Assembly (NCBI GenBank): GCA_023413275.1
Contig: JAEZPX010000010.1
Coordinates: forward strand, 1-37,392
DNA from: Bacillota bacterium
GTDB taxonomy: Bacteria > Bacillota > Clostridia > Lachnospirales > Anaerotignaceae
Direction: 5' to 3'
Length of the DNA: 37,392 nt
How positions within the stretch are numbered: position 1 is the stretch's first letter; every line of letters starts with the position of its first letter. The position numbers and the translations under genes were made by a program. The notes under the pieces are model-generated. The model saw only the letters and a program-made list of their open reading frames with translations, did not search any database and had not been told where the DNA came from. Positions 1-8,516 of the stretch are shown here, piece by piece.

Positions 1-51
1 GTCATCAACAACCATAACGGTATATTTTGCATCACTATCTTTAGTATTCAT
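1..51 (-). CDS. Probable response regulator, N-terminal 17 codons only; the gene continues beyond the window start
   Basis: Reverse complement of 1..51 reads ATG AAT ACT AAA ... = MNTKDSDAKYTVMVVDD, a typical receiver-domain N-terminus (hydrophobic strand followed by DD). A GGAGGG SD (complement of 58..63) sits 6 nt upstream. It overlaps the kinase stop by 11 nt, consistent with operon coupling. Not in the ORF track because it is truncated. Confidence 0.4.
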   Translation of the reverse strand, partial: MNTKDSDAKYTVMVVDD

Positions 52-3000
52 TTGTTTCCCTCCATTTCCCAAGTGCAACCTCGGCCTCATCAAATTCATA
101 TCGTGCGATATAGGCATCCATTGTTTGAAATAGACCTTCTCCTAATATGTTTTTTAGGGCAGGGCGTATTTTGTTAAAATAGGCTATCCCTTCTACATCA
201 CCTTTTTTCAACAGTTCTGCTAGCTTAACAATCATCTCATCAATGTTTTCGTTATTTTCTACTTCATAAGATATGGTTTGTTGTTTATTGGTTACCATTA
301 ACACGATTTCAGTGGAAACTTTTTGGAATTCTTGCACCATATCTTCTGCGATTGCTTTTAATTCACGCAGAGGGGATTTGAGTTCTGCCATTTTTTCAAG
401 CTCACCAGAAAGCTGATATACCTGTGTGGCCCCTATATTACCAGCAACTCCTTTTAAAAGATGGGCTTGGTTTTGAAGCAGTTCATAATCTTCTAAATTA
501 TTTTTTATTTTTTCAGCAATTTCAATCTGTTCTGTTGCGAATTTATAGAGAAGTGTTTCATAAAGCTCCATATTGCCTGACAAACGGTGAATACCCATCG
601 TGGTGTCTATTCCATATATGGTTGGGAAGGACTTTTCTATGCTTTCTGCTGATTTTTCAGGCAAGATTCTCGAAAAGTTTTCCGAATTTGATGTATTCTT
701 TGCCCATTTTGAAACCGTTTCCATTAGAAGTTCCGGATCAATAGGTTTGGCAATATGGTCGTTCATGCCCACTTGATAGCACTTCTCCTTTTCATCGTAC
801 ATATTTCTGGCAGTCATTGCAATGATAGGTATTTCGGTGTCTATTTTACGTATCTGTTTTGTGGCTTCAAATCCATCCATCTCAGGCATTTGAATATCCA
901 TGAAAATTAAGTCATAGGTTTCAATTCTACTTTTAAAACGTTGCACTGCCTGCAATCCGTTATTTGAGATTGTTACTTTGCATCCTTGACTTTCCAAGAG
1001 CTCGCAGGCAATTTGCTGATTTACTTCGTTGTCTTCCACCAAAAGAATATTAACTCCATGTAAAGATAGGGTTGTTTCATATGGAGGGACTTCTTTTTGG
1101 GATATGGAGATGTCTTTGGCAAAAATATTTACAATGGTATCATACAAACTCGATTGTGAAATAGGCTTGGTTAAGAAAGCAGCTATGCCTAAATTTTGTG
1201 CGGTTTTTTTCATTTCCTCCAAATCATAAGCAGTAACCAATATTACCAAAGGCTTAATTTTGATTTCAGATAATGTATTTATGCATTTTACTGTCTCCAT
1301 TCCATCTAGGTCTGGCATATTCCAATCAATCAAGAGCAGTTGATATGGTGATTCAAAGCCATTTTTTTGTATCAACTCGATTGCCTGTCTTCCAGATGCA
1401 GCCAATTCCACTGTGGCACCTAAATTCTCCATGTACTCTTTCATGATTTCTCCTGCCATAGGATTATCATCTACAACAAGCGTTTTAATTCTTTTAATAT
1501 CTTGTAGAGTAATACATTTTTTGGAGGGTAGTGTTTCTCCGATATCAAACCATGCTGTAAAAGAAAATGTGCTACCAACATTTTCTTCACTTTCCAGCCA
1601 CAACCTTCCATTCATCATTTCAGCCAGAGTCTTACTAATTGTAAGACCAAGCCCCGTTCCGCCATATTGTCTTGTGATTGTATTGTCAGATTGCGTAAAC
1701 GCCTCAAATAATTTTTCCTGATTTTCTTTTGATATGCCAATACCGGTATCAGATACACGAAACTTTAAACAAACTTTCTTTTCTTTTTGATCTTCTTGAG
1801 TTACATCAATACGAATTTCGCCGGTATGAGTGAACTTAATAGCGTTGCTCATCAGATTCGTAATGATTTGCCCCAAGCGTAAGGGATCCCCAATGATTTG
1901 TACTGGTATATTACAAGGAAGGTGATAAATGACTTCTAAATTTTTCTCTCTCGCTTTCGGTATCAAAAGTTCAATGGATTTTGAAAGCACTTCATCCAGA
2001 TTAAATTCCAGATTTTCCATTTTTAGCTTTCCAGCCTCTATCTTTGAAAAATCCAAAATATCATTGACAATACGAAGTAGGGAAGTTGCCGCATTGTTTA
2101 TTTTGGAAAGATAGTCTCTTTGTTTATCGGTTAACTGAGTTTGTAATGCCAAATACGACATTCCTATTACCGCATTCATAGGAGTTCTGATTTCATGGCT
2201 CATGTTTGCTAGAAACATAGATTTTGCTTCTGTAGCAGCATTTGCCTGAATGAATGCATTTTGTAGTTCAATTTCCTTCTCCTTTAGCTCTGAGATATCA
2301 GTCAGAATGCCAATATAGCCACCAATGTCTCCATTGGAAGTATAATAAGCATTCACACAATATAACAGCGCTGTATCTTTTCCATTTATATTTGAGACAA
2401 TTTGCCGAATGGTAGGTTTTCCGGTTTTTACTGACTCCTGTCGCATCTCAGTAAACCTCTGGTATTTAGATGCATCCATCCAAGGGGTATCTCTAAGATT
2501 TAATCCATGATGTAGATTGGTATCTGTTTGATATACCCTTGTAAATTCTGAATTTGCCCCAAGGAAAATATCATCTTTGTCAACATAAAAAATAGAACTT
2601 GGAATTACGTCAATCAACTGGCGGATGAAACGGCTTTGATCGTCAAGGGTACTTTTTAAAAGCAATGCTTCAGTGATATTTTCTTTGATACTCACATAGT
2701 AGGATGTTTCGCCTTTCTCCCCAATAATTGGGGAAATTACTGCACGTTCATAGAATTCATTTCCGTTTTTATCTATATTTGTGAATTCGCCAATCCATTT
2801 TTCGCCTCGAGTTATGTTTTGCCACAGGGTTTTATATGTATCAGGCTGATTTTTATTTGATTTCAGAATACGGGTATGCTTTCCGATTACTTCATCCAAA
2901 GTATATCCTGTTACTTCTGTGAAATAAGGGTTTACATATTTAATATTTCCCTGCTCATCTGTTATTACAATCGATAGAGGAGATTGTTCAATCACACTGG

Positions 3001-3463
3001 AATACAAACGAAGCTGTTCATTTTCTTCTTTTTTCAGATGAAGCTTTAATTCGGAGATGCTCAGCTGTTTCATTCTTTTTGTATATTTCTCCATCATCCA
3101 AAGAATGAAATGAATAGTCAAGGCAACTACAAAGCCCAATATTCCATCTTCTTTGTGATTGATGAAGACTGAAAAAGCAGTTAAAATTAAAAGAAGTATA
3201 TTTCCCATATAGGCGATGAGAAATCTTTTTCGTGTATCATCGCAAGTTATAAATCCAATCATCGTCAAAAACTGAATCTGGACAAGGATTCCGTTGAGTA
3301 TCACTGTGTTTATCTGCATTTTTCCTATGCTAAAGGTCTCATGATATAAAATATAGACCATCAATAATAAAGAACATAAATAAAGAGATAGATAGATACC
3401 TGTTGTGAATTTCTTAGAAATATTTTTTTCTTTTCTTTCATTTGTATGATTACTTTCATTCAT
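41..3463 (-). CDS. Hybrid sensor histidine kinase: N-terminal multi-TM domain, PAS/PAC repeats, HisKA (HEIRTPMN), HATPase_c (GTGLGL), two REC domains and a C-terminal HPt domain
   Basis: 1140-aa ORF. H-box SHEIRTPMNAVIGMS, then N/G1/G2 boxes (DTGIGI, GGTGLGLTIS). Two receiver domains (LVVDDNPMAGEI...LIDWNMPDLDG and ILLVEDNEVNQ...IFMDIQMPEMDG). HPt signature near the C-terminus (HLLKGVAGNIGA). SD AAGGGAG lies 10 nt upstream of the ATG at 3463. Confidence 0.9.
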   Translation of the reverse strand: MNESNHTNERKEKNISKKFTTGIYLSLYLCSLLLMVYILYHETFSIGKMQINTVILNGILVQIQFLTMIGFITCDDTRKRFLIAYMGNILLLILTAFSVFINHKEDGILGFVVALTIHFILWMMEKYTKRMKQLSISELKLHLKKEENEQLRLYSSVIEQSPLSIVITDEQGNIKYVNPYFTEVTGYTLDEVIGKHTRILKSNKNQPDTYKTLWQNITRGEKWIGEFTNIDKNGNEFYERAVISPIIGEKGETSYYVSIKENITEALLLKSTLDDQSRFIRQLIDVIPSSIFYVDKDDIFLGANSEFTRVYQTDTNLHHGLNLRDTPWMDASKYQRFTEMRQESVKTGKPTIRQIVSNINGKDTALLYCVNAYYTSNGDIGGYIGILTDISELKEKEIELQNAFIQANAATEAKSMFLANMSHEIRTPMNAVIGMSYLALQTQLTDKQRDYLSKINNAATSLLRIVNDILDFSKIEAGKLKMENLEFNLDEVLSKSIELLIPKAREKNLEVIYHLPCNIPVQIIGDPLRLGQIITNLMSNAIKFTHTGEIRIDVTQEDQKEKKVCLKFRVSDTGIGISKENQEKLFEAFTQSDNTITRQYGGTGLGLTISKTLAEMMNGRLWLESEENVGSTFSFTAWFDIGETLPSKKCITLQDIKRIKTLVVDDNPMAGEIMKEYMENLGATVELAASGRQAIELIQKNGFESPYQLLLIDWNMPDLDGMETVKCINTLSEIKIKPLVILVTAYDLEEMKKTAQNLGIAAFLTKPISQSSLYDTIVNIFAKDISISQKEVPPYETTLSLHGVNILLVEDNEVNQQIACELLESQGCKVTISNNGLQAVQRFKSRIETYDLIFMDIQMPEMDGFEATKQIRKIDTEIPIIAMTARNMYDEKEKCYQVGMNDHIAKPIDPELLMETVSKWAKNTSNSENFSRILPEKSAESIEKSFPTIYGIDTTMGIHRLSGNMELYETLLYKFATEQIEIAEKIKNNLEDYELLQNQAHLLKGVAGNIGATQVYQLSGELEKMAELKSPLRELKAIAEDMVQEFQKVSTEIVLMVTNKQQTISYEVENNENIDEMIVKLAELLKKGDVEGIAYFNKIRPALKNILGEGLFQTMDAYIARYEFDEAEVALGKWRETNEY

Positions 3464-3844
3464 AGTGTTCTGACTCCCTTCTAAGTACTAGATGATTTTA
3501 AACCTGATTAACGTTAAATAGCATTTTTTTATATATTACTTTGAATGAAAGCATCTCAAAAGGCATTGATTGAGAGTGTCTCATAGTTTTGTGGAGGCTC
3601 TGAGCTTTCCATGAGTAATTGTTATGTCAAATCATATAGCATTTTGGTATGATTTGGTCTTGTAGATTAATTTTACCAAATACTTATTGTCCTTGTCTAT
3701 TTATTATGCAAATGATTTTAATAAAATAAGATAGTACATAGTAAACAGAGGGTGGGAAGTTTTTTTACAGCATATGAATGGTTGATGGTTACATTGTTTC
3801 AAAAGTATATACTTTGGTATCATTTAAGAAAGTTATATTTTAAT

Positions 3845-3878
3845 AAAAAAAAGTAGGCAAAGGGGATTCCCTGCCTAC
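3845..3878 (-). terminator. Rho-independent terminator of the SLH-CAP gene
   Basis: Hairpin GTAGGCA..(GGG/CCC inner stem)..TGCCTAC at 3853..3878. On the minus strand it is followed by 8 U (A-run 3845..3852), 14 nt after the stop at 3893. Confidence 0.6.
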
Positions 3879-3892
3879 TGAAGTACTATTAT

Positions 3893-5440
3893 TTATTTTT
3901 CTTTATATCCACCGCAAAAATCAACAGTGACATAAAGATCTTTCCCTTTTTGTCTAACGCCCACACCTACAGAATCAAAAGTGGGATCAAGCAAGCTTTG
4001 AAATTGTGCCGCTGTTCTAATCCATTGGCGATAGACATTGGTAATATCACCCCTTTGTTTTGCAATGATCTCAGATGCGCTGGTAAAAGAGATATTTTCG
4101 TTTGAAATTCTTGCAAATGGGGTGCTGCCATTGGTTCCTGTATAGCCAAGATAATTATTATCCACCATATCCTTACTATGAGCCAATGCAACACTTGAAA
4201 GTTTTGGTGCTTTTGTCAAAAGCGGCAGACCTTGCTCCTTACGTTTTACCTGAATCAAATCTAACAACTGGGTTTCTAGGGTCTCACGTTCTGAAATGGT
4301 TAAGCCGCTTTTCTCATTGTTGCCTAAAGTAAATGCTCTTTCTTGTAACAAAATACCTCGAATGGTACCCTCATAATCCAAGGGGATGCTGGCATATGTT
4401 GTGCTTGTTTCAACGATTCCACTGTGCTCGACCATGCTGATATAATTCAGCTGCTTAATGTTTGCCGAGGTACCCTCTCCATTGGTGCCCAGATAAGAGA
4501 AATATTTTGTTGGGACAAAAATTTCTACAACCTTATCATCTTTTAATGTTACGAAAAAATAATTCTCATAGTCATTGATATAAACATATCTTTTTAAAGC
4601 ATAAACGGTGGTATCAATTCTACTGGGTTCCCCCAAACTTTCTTTCAATTGATTGGTGGTTTCGCCAAGAAAAACAACCTTATCTTTAATATAGACTGTT
4701 TCATAAATGTTTAAAGTCTTTTGGTCAATTTCTGAGGTAGGGTCTTTATTTTCAGGTGTCTTTTCTACAACGTCTTTTAAAGGCTGTTTATTTTCATCAG
4801 TTGTTTCGTTTTTGATATCAGCTGGTTGTGTTTTATCTTCTGCATAATGGCATATCTTTACCAAACCAATGACTGCTTCCTGAAAGGTTAAGCCTCTCAT
4901 AGGATAAAATTTTCCGTCATCGTCTCCCACCAAGATACCAGCATTCTTGATTTTGCCAATGACTTCAATTGAAGGCTTTTCCAAGATAGAAATATCAGAG
5001 AAAGCGTATTTTTCTGTTCCTGGGGTTAATGAGATTCCCCAAACTTTTAAAATTCGATGGAGCAGTATAGCCAACTGCTCACGTGTTAAGTTATCATTTG
5101 GCTTAAACTTCGTTGGTTCTGTACCGCTGATGATTCCTGCTTCATAGGCTGCGATAACCGATGGATTATTACAATCTGTAAAGGGGCTTTCGTTTTTCGG
5201 AATTAATTTTTCTCCTTTACTTTTTTCGTATAGAAGTACTACGATTTTACAAAATTCAAGTCTTGTGATTTCTCTTTTGGCATCCAGAAGGTTCTCTTCT
5301 GTAATCAATCCCTGATTATATGCAAATTCCATGGATGTTTCTGCCCATGGATCAGCATTTGTCACGATTGCCCCAAAGACGGGCATGGTGCCACTCATTG
5401 CCATAAGCAGCATCATGATTACTGCGACAAACCGCTTCAT
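3893..5440 (-). CDS. Secreted cell-surface protein with three N-terminal SLH domains and a C-terminal CAP (SCP/PR-1, YkwD-like) domain
   Basis: Signal peptide MKRFVAVIMMLLMAMSGTMPVFGA. SLH-type repeats (F.D....V..A...GI..G......F.P...LTREQ.A.LL) appear three times. The C-terminus carries CAP motifs (AHSKDM ... ENISF ... WIRTAAQFQSLLDPTFDSVGVGV ... YVTVDF). Confidence 0.8.
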   Translation of the reverse strand: MKRFVAVIMMLLMAMSGTMPVFGAIVTNADPWAETSMEFAYNQGLITEENLLDAKREITRLEFCKIVVLLYEKSKGEKLIPKNESPFTDCNNPSVIAAYEAGIISGTEPTKFKPNDNLTREQLAILLHRILKVWGISLTPGTEKYAFSDISILEKPSIEVIGKIKNAGILVGDDDGKFYPMRGLTFQEAVIGLVKICHYAEDKTQPADIKNETTDENKQPLKDVVEKTPENKDPTSEIDQKTLNIYETVYIKDKVVFLGETTNQLKESLGEPSRIDTTVYALKRYVYINDYENYFFVTLKDDKVVEIFVPTKYFSYLGTNGEGTSANIKQLNYISMVEHSGIVETSTTYASIPLDYEGTIRGILLQERAFTLGNNEKSGLTISERETLETQLLDLIQVKRKEQGLPLLTKAPKLSSVALAHSKDMVDNNYLGYTGTNGSTPFARISNENISFTSASEIIAKQRGDITNVYRQWIRTAAQFQSLLDPTFDSVGVGVRQKGKDLYVTVDFCGGYKEK

Positions 5441-5914
5441 GCTATCATCCTTTCTGTTTTTAATATCAAACTTTTTTTGAGCTATATAAATTGGAGGAAG
5501 TGGATTGTTCCTTCAAAAGGCCCTACTGTACAAATTTTTGCTTAGAAGGATTGGTCATATTCTTATCTGAATGATAGAAAAATATTCCTAAAATACAAAA
5601 AAACGGTATAATTATGATGAAAATTCGAATATTTCTGCATCATATTTGATTATTTTGTTTGAGAGGGGCTTGTGGTAAGCGTACATATCATTTTCCCTAT
5701 GGAAGAATAAATGAACCCATATTAGTGCTGGTACTTCCTAAATCCAGGCTTTGCCTGTTTCAGTTTGTAAGGCAAGACATCCCTATAAATCACTTTATAA
5801 CAAAAAAATCGTCAAAATCTATGAATATTATACCATATTATCCAAAAAACGCAAAAAAAAATAAATGGTAACTTTTCCCTATGTAAGAAATCAATTAAGA
5901 CGGTAAAACAAATA

Positions 5915-5939
5915 AGGATGGAAATTTTTATCCCATCCT
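5915..5939 (-). terminator. Weak candidate terminator hairpin after the cydDC-ygbA-ybaN operon
   Basis: AGGATGG / CCATCCT stem with an ~11-nt loop, followed on the minus strand by CTTATTTGTTTTACC. It lies 70 nt past the ybaN stop. Weak (long loop, interrupted U-tract). Confidence 0.3.
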
Positions 5940-6006
5940 AATTGTTAAGAGAAAATGCAGTAGCCAATTTGATATTGCAAAAATTTTTGAAAGAACAAGG
6001 AAAACA

Positions 6007-6423
6007 TTAATCAAGGTAAGGGCTTTTGGTTTTTCCATTCTGCTCCAAAACGGTGGTGGGAATTGTTCTAATTTTAAAAATAAAATAGTAATACTTGAAT
6101 AAAATCAAAAAAACAATAAAACCTCTGCCGTAGGTATTTCGCATCATAAGAAAAGCAAGTATAAGCATACAAGATACAGGAATTAAGATACAGAGTTTAG
6201 TTTTTAATGTCATTGAACGATTCTTTTCAAAGCTTTCCAAGTTGTTTTTATAAAGTTTGGTTGATTTAAACCATCTGTTGAAACGTTCTGAGCCCTTTGC
6301 GAAGCAAAACGATGCCAAAAGCAAAAAGGGGGTTGTGGGCAGAAGGGGAACAACAACACCAACTGCGCCAATGCCAAAACATAAAAAACCCAAACCAATA
6401 TATATGTACTTCAGATTAATCAT
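6007..6423 (-). CDS. ybaN: DUF454 (YbaN-like) inner-membrane protein
   Basis: 138 aa. The N-terminal GIGAVGVVVPLLPTTPFLLLASFCFAKGSERF signature is recalled as typical of the DUF454/YbaN family. Multiple TM helices. The start overlaps the upstream stop in an ATGA arrangement. Confidence 0.6.
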   Translation of the reverse strand: MINLKYIYIGLGFLCFGIGAVGVVVPLLPTTPFLLLASFCFAKGSERFNRWFKSTKLYKNNLESFEKNRSMTLKTKLCILIPVSCMLILAFLMMRNTYGRGFIVFLILFKYYYFIFKIRTIPTTVLEQNGKTKSPYLD

Positions 6424-6737
6424 CTCCTTAAAATTTTAGAATGGATCAAATGACTTAGGGCGGCAAAGGGATGGTATAAAAGCATCCTTGGACCAGAGAA
6501 AATCATTACTTCCTTTATTTTATCACGCATGGAAGGGTTGTAGCAATGTACAGTACAACTACTGCAAAAGGTCTTTGTTTCCAGAAATGGACACTGCTCA
6601 ATTCTTTGATAGGCATAGGAAAGAAGATTATTACAATCTTCACACAAACTTACTGATGTTTTATGTTTTTTAACACAGAACAATTTGATCATGAAAAGGA
6701 CCATTTGTTTTTCTTTATTACTTTTGAAATGATTCAT
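6420..6737 (-). CDS. ygbA: YgbA-like 'nitrous-oxide-stimulated promoter' family small Cys-rich protein
   Basis: 105 aa with clustered cysteines (CEDC ... CPFLETKTFCSSCTVHC), matching the size and Cys pattern I recall for the YgbA_NO family. Translationally coupled to ybaN (ATGA overlap). Confidence 0.5.
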   Translation of the reverse strand: MNHFKSNKEKQMVLFMIKLFCVKKHKTSVSLCEDCNNLLSYAYQRIEQCPFLETKTFCSSCTVHCYNPSMRDKIKEVMIFSGPRMLLYHPFAALSHLIHSKILRR

Positions 6738-6863
6738 AGCATTCTAGGAAGCAGAGTTGTGAAAAAAGCAACAGAAATATTTATTTCACTTTTTCTAAAC
6801 CCCTCTAATAAAATCCAGTGCTTTTTCAATTATATTGATATTTGGAAACTGCAATCTGCAATC

Positions 6864-8516
6864 CTAGCTGAGTCGCCCCCTTTCGGCTGAATAAATTTTT
6901 GAAGCAATACCTAAAGTTGATTTTCTATGGGAAACCAAAAGGATTGTGACATTTTCGGCTTCATAAAGAGATTTTAAAATAATTCCCTCATTTAAACTAT
7001 CAAGATTACTGGTGGGTTCATCCAAAAGCATAAAAGGTGCCCCTGAGAGAAATGCTCTCGCCAGACCAATGCGTTGTTTTTCCCCACCCGAAAGCTTATC
7101 CCCCAATTCTCCGATGGAGGTTTCATAACCCTTAGGAAGTGTTTCCACAAATTCATGGAGGGAGGCCTTTTTTGCAGCCGCTATTATTTCCTCTTCGGTG
7201 GAATTAGCTTTTGCAAGGCGAATATTATTTCCAATGGTATCATGAAAGAGGTATGTTTCCTGTGTACAGTAGCTTTCGCTGTTACGCAGAGACTTGGTAT
7301 TGATTTCTTCTATCTCGGTACCGGAAAGAGTGATGCTTCCAGAATTTTTATCCCAAAAACGCATAAGCAATTTTAGTAGGGTGGATTTTCCACAACCACT
7401 TTTTCCGTGAATTCCAATAATGCGTCCATTTGGTATGTCAATGGAGAGATTTTCTAATATTTTTTCTTCGTTGTAACCAAAGGTTAAGTTTTGGCATTGG
7501 GCGTTTTGAAAGACAATGTTTTGACCATCTGTTTTTTCTAGAACTTCAGGGGTTTCCTCCAAAAGGGAAAGAACACGTTCTCCGCTTGCCAGGGTATGGG
7601 CTAGATTATTGGAGAGATTACTTAAAGCAACAACAGGTCCAAAGGAGCTCATTAGGGCTACTGTCGATAGTAAGGCCTTTTCAAACGAAAGAATCCCATT
7701 AGAAAATAGCGTCATTGACGAAAACAGCATGATTGCTGTAAATGCAAGGATTGTGATTTCCGTGATTGCTTTTGTAAAGCCTTCCGCTTCTTTTAGTTTC
7801 TTCTGCTTTTCAGACAAGCCATTTGTTAGGTCATTGATTTCATTCAGGCGCGTAATAGTATGATCATATTGTATAAGCTCATCTAGACCACGTAGGCTTT
7901 CCAAAAAGGAAGAATTTAGATTGCCAACAGTATTGCGATACTCCATCCCATAGGCTTTTATTTTTTTCCCATTTAAAATGGGGATGACAGCACCAATGCA
8001 AATATAGGAGATTGCGGCGATGACCCCAAGCATGAGGGAAAAGCTGCCAATAAAAAATACAAAAAGTAGAGAGGTAATTACGCCGATTGCAATTGGTGAA
8101 ATGGTATGGGCATAAAAAACCTCTAACAGTTCAATATCTTCTGTGATAATAGAAATCAGATTTCCTTTGTTTCTTCCTTCCAGCTTTGCTGGACATAGGC
8201 GGCGCAATGTAGAAAATACTTTATCCCGTATAATGGCTAATAGCTTAAAAGCAATGTAGTGATTACAACTTTGTTCACCGTAGCGAAAAAAACCACGTAA
8301 TACAGCGAAAAGAATCAGCAGGGTGAAAATGGTATTTAGGCTGAAATAAACTTCGAAGCCAAGGAGTTTCAGTGCTGCACTTGTTCCTAGAATGGTTAAG
8401 GAAATAGAGCAGAGAAAGCCAAGTACCCCTAAAAAGATTGCCAAGAGCATGAAGTGAAGCAGAGGCCGAATAAGCCCAATGAGACCAGCCATAATTTTAA
8501 TCCCGCTTCTACGCAT
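6864..8516 (-). CDS. cydC: ABC exporter, fused TMD-NBD, CydC-like (thiol reductant exporter subunit)
   Basis: Six-TM N-terminal domain followed by Walker A GKSGCGKST, signature LSGGEKQRIGLARA and Walker B FMLLDEPTS. Paired directly with a CydD-like gene. Start chosen at ATG 8514-8516 (SD AAGGGTGG 8 nt upstream, 2 nt after the cydD stop). In-frame alternatives are 8537 and 8576. Confidence 0.75.
   Translation of the reverse strand: MRRSGIKIMAGLIGLIRPLLHFMLLAIFLGVLGFLCSISLTILGTSAALKLLGFEVYFSLNTIFTLLILFAVLRGFFRYGEQSCNHYIAFKLLAIIRDKVFSTLRRLCPAKLEGRNKGNLISIITEDIELLEVFYAHTISPIAIGVITSLLFVFFIGSFSLMLGVIAAISYICIGAVIPILNGKKIKAYGMEYRNTVGNLNSSFLESLRGLDELIQYDHTITRLNEINDLTNGLSEKQKKLKEAEGFTKAITEITILAFTAIMLFSSMTLFSNGILSFEKALLSTVALMSSFGPVVALSNLSNNLAHTLASGERVLSLLEETPEVLEKTDGQNIVFQNAQCQNLTFGYNEEKILENLSIDIPNGRIIGIHGKSGCGKSTLLKLLMRFWDKNSGSITLSGTEIEEINTKSLRNSESYCTQETYLFHDTIGNNIRLAKANSTEEEIIAAAKKASLHEFVETLPKGYETSIGELGDKLSGGEKQRIGLARAFLSGAPFMLLDEPTSNLDSLNEGIILKSLYEAENVTILLVSHRKSTLGIASKIYSAERGRLS

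Noticed and set aside
424-2114. Several 60-106-aa plus-strand ORFs (424-744, 1029-1229, 1413-1721, 1929-2114)
   Set aside because: All are embedded antisense within the 1140-aa hybrid kinase gene. They lack RBS context and recognisable domains and are frame shadows.
5659-5871. 70-aa ORF in the SLH-CAP / ybaN intergenic region
   Set aside because: It has no SD and a Lys-rich composition typical of AT-rich non-coding DNA. It overlaps the repeated promoter-region motifs and is more likely regulatory DNA.
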